DNA of 64,000 nt from an uncultured delta proteobacterium. Lineage in GTDB: Bacteria > Myxococcota > Myxococcia > SLRQ01. Positions 19,714-31,434 of this stretch are shown here, piece after piece. The stretch lies in contig CAVSGM010000001.1 in assembly GCA_963727485.1 (NCBI GenBank), forward strand, positions 224,001-288,000. The letters run 5' to 3'. The translations under genes and the position numbers were made by a program. Within the stretch, counting starts at the first letter, position 1. Each line of letters begins with the position of its first letter. The notes under the pieces were generated by a model that saw nothing but the letters and a program-made list of their open reading frames with translations, was not told where the DNA came from and searched no databases.

Positions 19714-22494
19714 TTGCTGTGCTACCGCTGCGGCAGCCACGTGCCGGACGGGTCCGCCAAGTGCGCGACCTGCGGCCAGACGTTTGCCGCCGGATCCCGC
19801 CGCGGCTCGGGCCCGCCCCAGCCGCCACGACGCAACCAGGCCGTGGACGTCCCCGGTGCCTTCGAGGTCGGGGACCGCCTCGGCGACCGCTACGAGATCC
19901 GCTCGGTCATCGGCCAGGGGCCCGTGGGCGTGGTCTACGGGGCCCTCGACCGGGAGGTCGAGGTGGAGGTCGCGGTCAAGCTGGTCACCCCCAAGCTCCT
20001 CCAGACCGACGACGAGCGCGCCGCCTTCCGCCGGGAGGGCCGGGTGGCCCGGGGGCTCTCGCACCCGAACATCGTGCGCCTCTACGAGGAGGGCCTCGAC
20101 GGGGAGCGTCCCTACCTGGTGATGCAGCACCTCGAGGGGCTGACCCTCCGCAAGATCATCGACCTGCGGACGGCCAAGGGGCAGCGGTTCAGCCTCCGGG
20201 AGGTCGAGCCCATCCTCTCCCAGCTCACCGCCGCCCTCGAGTACGCCCACGGGCAGACCATCGAGGACGTGCGGGGGGTGGCCCACGGGAACCTCAAGCC
20301 CGAGAACGTCATCGTCCTCCCGGACCTCCTCAAGGTCACCGACTTCCGGGAGGCGTGCTTCGTGCCCCGGGTGCCCTTCGTGGCCGCCCAGAAGGTCCGC
20401 GGGGGCTCGGAGCGCTACCTCGCCCCGGAGGTGGTCGCCGGCCAGGCCATCACCCCCGCCGCCGACCTCTACTCCCTCGGGGTGCTCCTCGGGGAGATGC
20501 TCTCCGGCGAGGTCTACGACCCCAGCCGGGGCCTCGATCTCCACGTGGTGGCCACCGGGCTCCCCCGGGCGGTGGACTCGATCTTCAAGCGCCTCACCGC
20601 CCCGCGCCCCGAGGACCGCTACGCCCGCGCCGGGCAGATCACCGACGACATCGCGGCGGTCCTCGCCGGGGCGCTCCCGGCCACCGCCGGGCGCACGGCC
20701 GCCCCGCCGCCGATGCCGAGGACGACGCCGATGCAGAGGACGGCGCCGTCCCTCGACGACGCCGAGGACGTGATGCTCCACACCGGCGAGTTCGAGCTGG
20801 TGGACGACGAGGACGGCCCCGCCGAGGCCCCGGCGCGGCCCGCGGGCAGGGTGAGCTTCGGCCTGGACGCGTCGCCGCCGCCTCCCTCGGAGGAGCGGGT
20901 GGTGAGCCGGGACCTCGAGGTCCTCGACGAGGAGATCCTCGACGACGCGCTCCTCGACGAGTCGGCGCTCGCCGAGGAGATCGACTACGACGACGTCCCC
21001 ACCCAGATGGGCGACGCCCTCCCGCCGCCGCCGGTCGGCCCCGGGGCGCCCGCCCAGGCCCTCGACGACGACGCGCCCTTCGAGGACGGCGCCGAGGACG
21101 CCATCGCCCTCGACGACGCCGACGTCCTCGAGGCCGAGGCCGAGGGCGACGACGAGGCCTACGACGACGAGGCGACCATCGCCCCCAGGCGCCTCGACGC
21201 GGCGGCCTTCGAGGCGGCGCTGGCCGCCGAGCCCGACGTCCACGTCCCCGACGACGGGCCCACGTCCATCGACGGCGACCGCTACGACGTGGGGCGGATG
21301 CCCGGCCCCGGCGCCGGGGCGACGGCCGCGGCCCCCGAGAACACCGCCACCGACACCCCGATGTTCACCTCCCTGGCGGCGCGGCGCAGCGGGCCGAGCT
21401 GGAGGCCCTACGCCCTCCTGGTCCTCGCGGGCCTGGTGGGGGGCGCCCTGGGGCTGGCCTTCACCAGCCCGGGGAAGGCCCTCGTCGCCCGGCTCACCGC
21501 CTCCAAGCCCGGCGCGGCCCAGGCCCAGGCGGCCACCGGCCCCTCGCCGACCGCGGTGATGGATCCGCACCAGGCCGGCGGGACCCCCGATCAGGCGGCG
21601 ACCCACACCCCATCGGCCGCCCACACCCCGCCGCCGACCCACCCCCCCAAGAAGGTCCACCCCCCGAAGCAGGTGCACGCGCCCGACGTGGCGCCGCCGC
21701 CCCCGGACGAGGTGACCCACCTGGTGGAGAGCCACCCCAGGCCGACCCACGCCAAGCGCACCCACGCCAAGAAGACCCACGTCGCCGCCGCCGACCACCA
21801 CCCGCCACCCCACGTCGATCGCCCGCCGCCCGACCACGGTGACCACGGCGGCGGCACCGGCGACCACCCCGGCACCGAGGTGGCGTCGGTGACCCCGACC
21901 CCGGCGACCGGCGGCCGCTGCCCCAAGGGCATGGTCTACATCCCCGCCGGGTCCTTCGGCATCGGCAGCGCCATCAACGACCCCATGCGCAACTTCGCCG
22001 AGAAGACCCTCCACAAGGTCTCGACGAAGGCCTACTGCATCGACCGCTACGAGTACGGCGGTCACGGCCACCGGCCCCTGACCAGCGTGAGCTGGTACCG
22101 GGCCAACACCCTCTGCGAGCGCCAGGGCAAGCACCTGTGCTCCGAGGCGCAGTGGGAGAAGGCCTGCAAGGGGCCCCGCGACGACCGCTTCCCCTACGGC
22201 AACGTGTTCCGGCCCAACGCGTGCAACACCGAGGACGCCCAGGGCAACGACCGCCACGTCGAGCCGGGGGGCAGCTTCCCCAAGTGCCGCTCCGGCTACG
22301 GCGTCCTCGACATGTCGGGGAACGTGAGCGAGTGGACCGCCTCCAAGTTCCAGGCGAACCTCACCGACCGGACCCAGAAGGGCGGGGCGGCCAACCGGCC
22401 CGACTGGGACACCCGCTGCGCCTCCCGGGGCAACCGCTCGCCCAACGCCAAGAGCCCGTTCCTCGGGTTCCGGTGCTGCGCCCACCCCAAGTAG
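19714..22494 (+). CDS. Zn-ribbon / Ser-Thr pseudokinase / acidic linker / TM / His-Pro linker / FGE-sulfatase domain protein
   Basis: CYRC...CATC; VAVK; HGNLKPEN; TDFR; YLAPE; TM ALLVLAGLVGGALGLAF; CIDRYE...DMSGNVSEW...GFRCC. TTG start. Confidence 0.85.
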   Translation: MLCYRCGSHVPDGSAKCATCGQTFAAGSRRGSGPPQPPRRNQAVDVPGAFEVGDRLGDRYEIRSVIGQGPVGVVYGALDREVEVEVAVKLVTPKLLQTDDERAAFRREGRVARGLSHPNIVRLYEEGLDGERPYLVMQHLEGLTLRKIIDLRTAKGQRFSLREVEPILSQLTAALEYAHGQTIEDVRGVAHGNLKPENVIVLPDLLKVTDFREACFVPRVPFVAAQKVRGGSERYLAPEVVAGQAITPAADLYSLGVLLGEMLSGEVYDPSRGLDLHVVATGLPRAVDSIFKRLTAPRPEDRYARAGQITDDIAAVLAGALPATAGRTAAPPPMPRTTPMQRTAPSLDDAEDVMLHTGEFELVDDEDGPAEAPARPAGRVSFGLDASPPPPSEERVVSRDLEVLDEEILDDALLDESALAEEIDYDDVPTQMGDALPPPPVGPGAPAQALDDDAPFEDGAEDAIALDDADVLEAEAEGDDEAYDDEATIAPRRLDAAAFEAALAAEPDVHVPDDGPTSIDGDRYDVGRMPGPGAGATAAAPENTATDTPMFTSLAARRSGPSWRPYALLVLAGLVGGALGLAFTSPGKALVARLTASKPGAAQAQAATGPSPTAVMDPHQAGGTPDQAATHTPSAAHTPPPTHPPKKVHPPKQVHAPDVAPPPPDEVTHLVESHPRPTHAKRTHAKKTHVAAADHHPPPHVDRPPPDHGDHGGGTGDHPGTEVASVTPTPATGGRCPKGMVYIPAGSFGIGSAINDPMRNFAEKTLHKVSTKAYCIDRYEYGGHGHRPLTSVSWYRANTLCERQGKHLCSEAQWEKACKGPRDDRFPYGNVFRPNACNTEDAQGNDRHVEPGGSFPKCRSGYGVLDMSGNVSEWTASKFQANLTDRTQKGGAANRPDWDTRCASRGNRSPNAKSPFLGFRCCAHPK

Positions 22495-22530
22495 GGGAGG
22501 GGTGCCTGCGCGTGTGGGGCGTCGGCGACG

Positions 22531-23511
22531 TCAGCCGCGTCTGGATGCTCGGCGCCGGCGCAGGAACACCAGGCCGAGGATCGTGAGCACCGAGAGGAGT
22601 CCGGGCATCCCGCCCCGGCCGGGCATGGTGGCGCAGGTCACGTCCGGGACCGACACCCTGGTCCTTGCCGTCGAGGGTCCAGGTCGATGCCGAGCCGCAG
22701 AAGTCCCGGCGCGCGGTGCCCAGCTGGTAGTGGACGACCGCCACGTGGCCGCCGGCGGTCAGGGTCGTGGTGCCGGACGCCCCCACGTTGAGCAGCCCGT
22801 CATCTCGTCGATGACCTCGGCGTCGGTTCTGGCCGAGACCTTTCCGTCGGTGGGGCTGCCGAAGGTGCCGCTGCCGGTGAAGGCCACCCTGCCGTCCCTG
22901 ACGGCCGTCACGCTGCCCTTGTACTCGGCGGCCGTGGCCAAGGGCGCGGGGGGGCAGCTGCTCGGCCTCCCCGTCCCGTCGGTCACGAGGTCGACGGTGA
23001 ACCGCGCCTTGGAGTCCCCGTCGGCGGAGAACGGGGCGCTGCCGGTGGTCTTCGGGGTGTAGAGCTCCAGCGGTGACGAAGCAACGAAGCACGGGCTCTC
23101 GGTGGATCTCGCCGAACCCGTCGAAGGTGACGGTGCCGAACAGGATGCTCGTGGCAGTGGTGGGCCCGGCCCGGCCTTGTCGACGACGAGGCTGCCGCCG
23201 CTACGGACGAAGGTCATGCGCCCGAGCCACGTGGAGTTGGCGAGGCCGGTGCAGCCGTCTCCCGCGACCACCAGGGTCCTGCCGTCGTCGGTGACCTTGG
23301 GACAGTCCGAAGTCGCGGGCCCGCGGCCGAACACGTAGACCGGACGGTATGCCGCGGCGAACATCTCTGCCGCGCTGCCCTGCGCGAAGCGCGTCACCTC
23401 CTTGGCGGTGGTGACGTCGCCGTCCTTGTAGGAGTGGACCACGCTCCCGGGCCCGCCGCAGCCGGCGAGGGCGAGCCCGAGGACGGCGAGGCAGGTGATC
23501 GGACGCCTCAT
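22531..23511 (-). CDS. Hypothetical lipoprotein with C-terminal Cys-TM-Arg sorting-like signal (several frameshifts)
   Basis: Lipobox LALAGC. Reconstructed end [36 protein letters not shown]. Frames switch near 23170, 23100, 22790 and 22630. Confidence 0.55.
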
Positions 23512-23612
23512 GGGAACCCCTCCGGGCTCCGCGGAGCCGGTACCTGGTGTAGCACCCGGGTCCCGGCGCGGGCAGGCACCGTCGGATCCCCGTGCTAGGC
23601 TTCCGCCCCGCG

Positions 23613-24420
23613 ATGGCGATCGACTACTGCGTCCTGGCGTCGGGCTCCAAGGGCAACGCCCTCTGGGTCCGCGGCGGCGGGGTGCAGGTCCTGGTCGACT
23701 GCGGCATCTCCTCCAGGCGCCTGGAGCGGCGCCTCGCCGAGGTCGGCGGCGATCTCCGGGACATCCAGGCGGTTGTCTGCACCCACGGCCACGGCGACCA
23801 CGTGGGCGGGGTCTGCGTGCTGGCCAGGCGCCACGGGGCGCGCATCTACGCCACCGAGGGCACCCGGGGCTTCATCCGGGGCAAGCCGCCCAAGCGAGGC
23901 GCTGATGGCCCTGCCCACCCAGGGGCAGGTGGCCATCGGCGGCCTCAAGGTGAACACCGTCCCCACCATGCACGACGCCCCCCAGTCGGTGGCCCTGGTG
24001 CTCCGCGACGACGAGACGGCCGTGGGCGTGGTCACCGACCTGGGGGTGGTCACCGAGGCGGTGGTCCGGGCGTTCTCGGGCCTCGACGGCCTGGTCCTCG
24101 AGACCGACCACGACGCCGAGATGCTCCTCTACGGCCCCTACCCGGCGCACCTCAAGCAGCGCATCGGCGGGGAGCGGGGGCACCTGTCCAACGCCCAGGG
24201 GGCGGCGCTGCTCCGGCGGGTGGTGCACGGGGGGCTCCAGCACCTCACCTGCGCCCACCTCTCCGAGCAGAACAACACCCCCGAGCGGGCCCGGCAGGCG
24301 GTGGAGGCGGTCCTCGCCGAGGCCGGCCACGCCCCGGGCCTCGCCGTCGCCGAGCAGGATCGGCCGGGCACCCCGGTGCGCCTCGGCGCCAAGAAGCAGC
24401 TGGGCCTGCCCCTCTGGTGA
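23613..24420 (+). CDS. MBL-fold metallo-hydrolase, YycJ/WalJ-like (frameshift at ~23891)
   Basis: LASGSKGNA, VDCG, THGHGDH, HDA, TDLG, GHLSN, HLSEQNN. Confidence 0.88.
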
Positions 24421-24466
24421 GGTGCGCCATCCGTGGTAGGAAGGGCCTCCTCTGGAGGACGCCTTC

Positions 24467-25770
<1,304 letters not shown>

Positions 25771-25774
<4 letters not shown>

Positions 25775-27244
25775 GCCGAGGGCGGCTGCGCCCCGGCGAC
25801 CGCCTCGACGCCGAGGTCAAAGGCCTCGACGCCGAGGGCCTGGGCGTCGCCGACGGGCCCGCGGCCGGCGGCGGCCGGGTCCTGCGGGTCGAGGACGGGC
25901 TCCCGGGCGAGCGGGGCGAGGTGATGCTGCTGCACCTGGGCCAGCGCCTCCACGGGCGGCTGGTGCGCCGCGAGGGCGACGCCTCCCCGGACCGCCGCGC
26001 CCCGCCCTGCCCCAGGTGGACCCCGGCGAGCCCCTGCCGGGTGATGCACCTGGCGCCCGCGGCCCAGGCGGCGTTCAAGCGCCAGCGGGTCGTCGACGCC
26101 CTCGCCGCCCACGGCCTCGGCGAGGTGCCGGTGGCGGGAGACCCTGGTGACCGGCCCCGCCCTCGGGTGGCGCAGCCGCGCGGTCTACGTGGCGGCGAAG
26201 GGGAAGGGCGGCCTGGTCCTCGGCGCCTACCGCCGGGGGACCCACCGGGTGCAGCCCATGGCCGACTGCCCCCTGGTGCGCCCGGGGATCGCCGCGGCCT
26301 ACCGGGCCCTCGCCGAGGCCTTCGACGCCGCCGCCGTCCCCGTCGCCGACCCGGCCCTCCCGGTCGTCGCCGACGCCGCCTGCGGGAGCCCGACCGACCC
26401 GGACGCCCTCCTCGACGCCGCCCGGGCGCCCCGGGGCGCGTCGTCCCGCCGGGGCCTGGTCCCCGACGGCCTGCGCTACCTGGTGATCCGCGCCAGCCAC
26501 CGGGACCAGGCCGCCGCGGCGCTGCTCACCCCCACCGGGCACCTCCCGGGCGCCGAGCGGATCGCCGCCGCCGCCCGGGCCGCCTGCCCGGCCCTGGTGG
26601 GCGTGTCGCTGGGGCGCAGCGGCGAGGGCGACGCCATCTTCGGCCCGGGCCCCCTCACGCCCCTGGGCGACGCGGCGCCGCTTCAGGTCGAGACCGCCGG
26701 GCTCGCCTTCGAGGTCTCGCCCAAGGCCTTCTTCCAGGTGCACCTCGAGGCGGCCTCCCGCCTCCAGGACCTCGCCGCCGCCCGGGCCGTGGGCGAGGTG
26801 GCGGTGGACGTCTACGCCGGGGTCGGGGCCCTTGCCCTGCGCCTCGCCCGGGACGGCCTCCAGGTGGTGGGCCTGGAGTCGGTGGCCGAGGCGGTCCTCG
26901 ACGCCGAGGCGGCCGCGGCGCGAAACGGCCTCGGCGACCGGGCGCGGTTCCGGGCCGAGCCCGCCGAGACCGGGCTCTCCACCCTCGTCGCCGAGGGCCA
27001 CCGGCCCGACACCGTCACCCTCAACCCGCCCCGGAAGGGCTGCGCCAAGGCGGTCCTCGAGGCGGTGGTGCGCCTCGCCCCGGCGCGCGTGGTCTACGTC
27101 TCCTGCGATCCGGGGACCCTCGCCCGGGACCTCGCCCACCTCGCCGCCGCCGGCTACCGGATCGCCGAGGTCGTCCCCGCCGATCTCTTCCCCCAGTCCG
27201 AGCACGTCGAGGCCCTCGCGGTGCTCGACCGCGCCGGCGGGTAG
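25771..27244 (+). CDS. rlmD: 23S rRNA m5U methyltransferase, RlmD/TrmA family (frameshift at ~26138)
   Basis: TRAM-like start GLPGE; AFFQV; DVYAGVG; NPPRKG; YVSCDPGTLARD; DLFPQSEHVE. Confidence 0.85.
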
Positions 27245-27300
27245 GGGCTTGTCAGACGCGCCCCTACATGGAACCCTGCCGGGTCGCCCTCGGAGGATTC

Positions 27301-28842
27301 ATGCGCCGTCCCGCCCTGCTCGCACTCCTGACCCTCCTGGCCCCGGTCGCCGCCCGCGCCGCCGGAGGCACCTACGACAACGGCAACGTCGCCATCATCG
27401 ATGACGCCGACACCGGGGGGCACCTCATCGGGGCCTGCGATCTGAACACCGATGGCGGCACCCCCTGCCCGCCCGACTACTACTGCCGGGAGGCGGCGAA
27501 GGTCTTCTACCAGACCCACTGCGACGACTACGACGCCCTGGTGGTCTTCCTCGACAACACCGTCAGCGGCATCGGCGGGGCCATCTCGGACACCGAGCAG
27601 GGCACCCCGGTCCAGCAGCACCTCAAGGGCATCGGCCGGGACCTCTCCTACGACTGGACCGCGGGGTACGGCAGCGCCGGGCGTCTGGAGCAGTGCGTGA
27701 GCATGACCAGCCTCTCCACCAAGCCCGACAACCCCGACGACCCGGTCATCGGGGTCCTGGGCCTGCCCCTGCCCCTGGGGATCACCGGCATCGAGCTCTT
27801 GGGCCACGAGTTCGGCCACCACTGGCTCCAGGGGGCCACCTTCGACCTGGGCGCCGCGGGGGGAAACCTCGGCCCCGAGGACCTCCTCCGGGGCTGCGAG
27901 AGCAGCAACAACAGCGGCGGCGGCACCAGCACCTGCGATCCCAACCAGCACTACGCCGCCTACACCAACTCCCACTCGGTGATGTACGGGAACTTCGTCA
28001 CCGACAACGGAGACGGGACCTACACCGTCTGCGGCGGGACACCCCGGGGCTACAACCAGCTCGACCAGTACCTCATGGGCCTCCTGCCGGCCTCCCAGGT
28101 CCAGGACCCGATCATCTGGACCCTCGACGACGGCACCCACCACGGGGATCCCGCCGGCGCCCTCTCGCCCGGGGCGAGCAACTGCATCACCGTCCCCCAG
28201 AGCGGCAGCAGCACCACCTACACCCGGGTGGACGTGACCCTCGCCGACCTGGTGCGCGCCATGGGCCCCCGCAGCGGCCCCGCCGCCGAGACGCCGACCA
28301 ACTGGAACGTGGGCTTCATCCTGGTCACCCCCAGCGGGGTGACGCCGTCCCAGGCGGACCTCGACAAGGTCAACGCCTACCGGACCCGCTTCGAGCAGTG
28401 GTTCACCACCGCCACCGGCGGCCGGGGCGCGGTCCACACCGAGCTGGTGCCCAACGATTGCACCCTCCCGCCGCCGGTCACCGACGGCGGGACCCCCGAC
28501 TCCGGGCCGCCCCCGGTGGTCGATGCGGGGACCCTTGACGCGGGACCGCCCCCGGTGGTCGATGCGGGGACCCCGGACGCGGGCCCGGTCCTCGACGCAG
28601 GGACCCCGGACGCCGGGCCGCCCGACGCGGGCCCGGGCGTCGACGCCGGCACCCCCGACGCCGGCGGCCGCGGCTGCGGCGTCATCCCCTGCGACGACGG
28701 CGGGACCCCCGACGCCGGGACGCACCTGGGCACCCTCGCCACCACCGGCTGCGGGTGTGCCGCCTCGAGCGCCTCGGGCACGGTGATCCCGGCGGTGGCG
28801 CTCCTGCTGCTCCTGGGGCTGCGCCGGAGGCGACGGGCATGA
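27301..28842 (+). CDS. MYXO-CTERM-anchored zinc metalloprotease-like surface protein, copy 1
   Basis: Signal peptide ending ARA; GHEFGHHW; SVMYG (Met-turn-like); DAG repeats; TGCGC-TM-RRRRRA. Confidence 0.82.
   Translation: MRRPALLALLTLLAPVAARAAGGTYDNGNVAIIDDADTGGHLIGACDLNTDGGTPCPPDYYCREAAKVFYQTHCDDYDALVVFLDNTVSGIGGAISDTEQGTPVQQHLKGIGRDLSYDWTAGYGSAGRLEQCVSMTSLSTKPDNPDDPVIGVLGLPLPLGITGIELLGHEFGHHWLQGATFDLGAAGGNLGPEDLLRGCESSNNSGGGTSTCDPNQHYAAYTNSHSVMYGNFVTDNGDGTYTVCGGTPRGYNQLDQYLMGLLPASQVQDPIIWTLDDGTHHGDPAGALSPGASNCITVPQSGSSTTYTRVDVTLADLVRAMGPRSGPAAETPTNWNVGFILVTPSGVTPSQADLDKVNAYRTRFEQWFTTATGGRGAVHTELVPNDCTLPPPVTDGGTPDSGPPPVVDAGTLDAGPPPVVDAGTPDAGPVLDAGTPDAGPPDAGPGVDAGTPDAGGRGCGVIPCDDGGTPDAGTHLGTLATTGCGCAASSASGTVIPAVALLLLLGLRRRRRA
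28483..28720 (+). repeat. Imperfect coding tandem repeats encoding DAGTPDAGPPP-type units
   Basis: Repeated gacgc(g/c)gg-ccc-gac-gc units within the copy 1 linker. Confidence 0.8.
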
Positions 28843-30378
28843 GCCGCCTTGGATCCCTGACCCTGGTGGTGGCCCTCGCCGCCGCCTGGCCCCTCTCGGC
28901 CCGGGCCGCCGGCGGCACCCACGACGACGGCAACGTCGCCGTCATCGACGACGCCACCACCGGGGGCAGCATCGTCGACGCCTGCCAGCCCGGCGGAATC
29001 CAAGCTCTTCAACCCCGGGTGCTACTGCCAGGAGGCGGCGAAGGTCTTCTACCAGACCCACTGCGACGACTACGACGCCCTGGTGGTCTTCGTCGACGAG
29101 GCGCCGCCGGCCCAGACCGGCGCCTTCACCGATGTGGAGCAGGGCACCCCGGTGCGCAACGACACCGATGGCATCGGCCGGAACAAGTTCGACTGGACCA
29201 GCCTCTACGGGAGCCAGGGGCGCCTGCGGCAGTGCGTGAACATGACGTATCTCACCACCAAGCCCGACAACCCCGACGACCAGGCGAAGGCGCTGTTGGG
29301 CCTTCCCTTCGCGCTGACCGGCATCGAGCTCTTGGGCCACGAGTTCGGCCACCACTGGCTCATGGGGGCGAACTTCGACAAGGGCCAGGGCCTGGGGGTC
29401 GAGGACCTCCTGCGCGCCTGCTCCGACAACAACGACGGCACCTGCAGCCCCAACCTCCACTACGCCCAGTACGTGAACTCCGGCTCGGTGATGTACGGGA
29501 ACTTCCTCACCGACAACGGCGACGGGACCTACCAGGTCTGCGGCGAGCAGCCCCCCACCACCCGCCGGGGCTACAGCAAGCTCGACGAGTACCTGATGGG
29601 CCTGCTGCCCGCCTCCCAGGCCCCCGACCCCCTCATCTGGGCCCTCGACGACGGCAGCCACCACGGGGTGCCGGTGGACGGCGGCAACTTCCCGGGCCAC
29701 TGCGACACCGTGCCGGCGAGCGGCAGCAGCACCACCTACACCCGGGTGGACGTCCGCCTCGCCGACGTGGTCCGGGCCATGGGCACCCGCAGCGGCCCCG
29801 CCGCCGAGATCCCCACCGACTGGAACGTGGGCTTCGTCCTGGTGGCGCCCAGCGGCGTCACCCCGACCCAGGCGGACATCGCCAAGGTCGACGCCTACCG
29901 GACCCGCTTCGAGCAGTGGTTCACCCCGGCCACCGACGGCCTGGGCCACGTGCACACCGAGCTGGTGGCGGGCACCTGCAACCTTCCGCCGCCGCCGCCA
30001 CCGCCGGCCACCGACGGGGGGACCCCGGACAGCGGGCCGCCCCCGGTGGTCGACGCGGGGACCCCCGACGCGGGGCCGCCCCCGGGGGTCGACGCGGGGA
30101 CCCCCGACGCGGGCCCGCCCCCGGGGGTCGACGCGGGGACCCCCGACGCGGGGCCGCCCCCGGGGGTCGACGCCGGCACCCCCGACGCGGGCGATCCCCG
30201 GGGCTGCGGCCTCATCCCCTGCGACGACGGCGGCACCCAGGTTCCCGACGCCGGGCCCGGGATCTCGACCCTGAAGACCGGCGGCTGCGGCTGCACCGCC
30301 AGCGCCACCTCGGGCACCCTGGTCCCGGCCCTGGCCCTGGTGCTCCTCCTGGGCCTCAAGCGGCGGCGCCGGGCCTGA
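28839..30378 (+). CDS. MYXO-CTERM-anchored zinc metalloprotease-like surface protein, copy 2 (frameshift at ~28998)
   Basis: ATGA overlap with copy 1; same motifs (GHEFGHHW, SVMYG, GGCGC-TM-KRRRRA). Removing one A at GAATC joins the frames. Confidence 0.82.
30013..30192 (+). repeat. 39-bp coding tandem repeat (~4.6 copies; DAGTPDAGPPPGV)
   Basis: Units start at 30013, 30052, 30091, 30130 and 30169. Confidence 0.9.
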
Positions 30379-30403
30379 CCGGGGGCCGGATCGTCGCCGG
30401 GCG

Positions 30404-31366
30404 CTAGCCCAGGTAGCCGGTGGCCCGGAGGTTCTTGCGGATCCGCGGTGCCACCGGGCCCACGGCCAGGGGGAACACGGTCCCGGTGATCCGCTCGAAG
30501 GCCTCGATGTAGGTCTCGGCGAGGTCGGCGAGGACCTCCGGGGGTATCTCGGGCGGCGTCCCGTCGCCCTGGTAGCCGTGCTCGATGAGCCACTGGCGGA
30601 TGTTCTCCTTGTCGAGCATCCGCTGCTCCTCGCCGGCGGCGAAGCGCTCGGCGTGGCCCTCCGCCTCCCAGTACCGCGACGAGTCCGGGGTGTGGATCTC
30701 GTCCATGAGCACCAGCCGCCCCTCGAGGAGGCCGAACTCGTACTTGGTGTCCACCAGGATGAGCCCCTGCTTCGCCGCCAGCGCCACCCCGCGCTGGTAG
30801 AGGGCGAGCGCCGCCTTCTCCACCTCGGCGTAGACCGGCTCGGCCACCAGGCCCTGCTTGAGGATCTCCTCGCGGCTGATGGGCGTGTCGTGGCTGCCGC
30901 GCTCGGCCTTGGTGGTGGGGGTGAGGATGGGCGCGTCGAGCTTCTGGTCCTTCTTGAGGCCCGCGGGCAGCGGCAGGCCGTAGGCGCCGGCCTTCCCGGC
31001 CTGGTAGTCGCGCCACAGGCTCCCGGTGATGTAGCCGCGGACCACCACCTCCACCGGCAGCCCCTGGCAGGCCCGGACCACCATCACGCTGGGGTCGGGG
31101 GTGTCGACCAGGTGGTTCTCGATGAGGTCCTCGGTCTGGCGGAACCAGTGGACCGCCATCCGGGTGAGCACCTCGCCCTTGAAGGGCACCGTGGACAGGA
31201 CCCGGTCGAAGGCCGAGAGGCGGTCGGTGGCGATCATCACCAGCCGCTCGCCCTTGCGGTAGACGTCCCGGACCTTGCCCCGGGTGAGCGCGCCGAGCTC
31301 GGGGAGGTCGGTCTCGTCGAGGGTGTGCTCGAGCTGGGCGAGGATCTCTTCGCGGCGCTGTGCCAT
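30404..31366 (-). CDS. purC: SAICAR synthase
   Basis: RGKVRDVY, TDRLSAFD, EVVVRGYITGSLW, TPTTKA, VDTKYEFG, DEIHTPDSSRYW. Confidence 0.96.
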   Translation of the reverse strand: MAQRREEILAQLEHTLDETDLPELGALTRGKVRDVYRKGERLVMIATDRLSAFDRVLSTVPFKGEVLTRMAVHWFRQTEDLIENHLVDTPDPSVMVVRACQGLPVEVVVRGYITGSLWRDYQAGKAGAYGLPLPAGLKKDQKLDAPILTPTTKAERGSHDTPISREEILKQGLVAEPVYAEVEKAALALYQRGVALAAKQGLILVDTKYEFGLLEGRLVLMDEIHTPDSSRYWEAEGHAERFAAGEEQRMLDKENIRQWLIEHGYQGDGTPPEIPPEVLADLAETYIEAFERITGTVFPLAVGPVAPRIRKNLRATGYLG

Positions 31367-31434
31367 GGTTGCCTCCGAGGCGCGGCACCCTACCGCACCG
31401 CCGCCCCACCCCGGAAGCCCCGGAGGCCCCGACC

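Noticed and set aside
30013..30192. 39-bp periodic repeats as a CRISPR array
   Set aside because: No unique spacers, in-frame coding VNTR, no cas genes.
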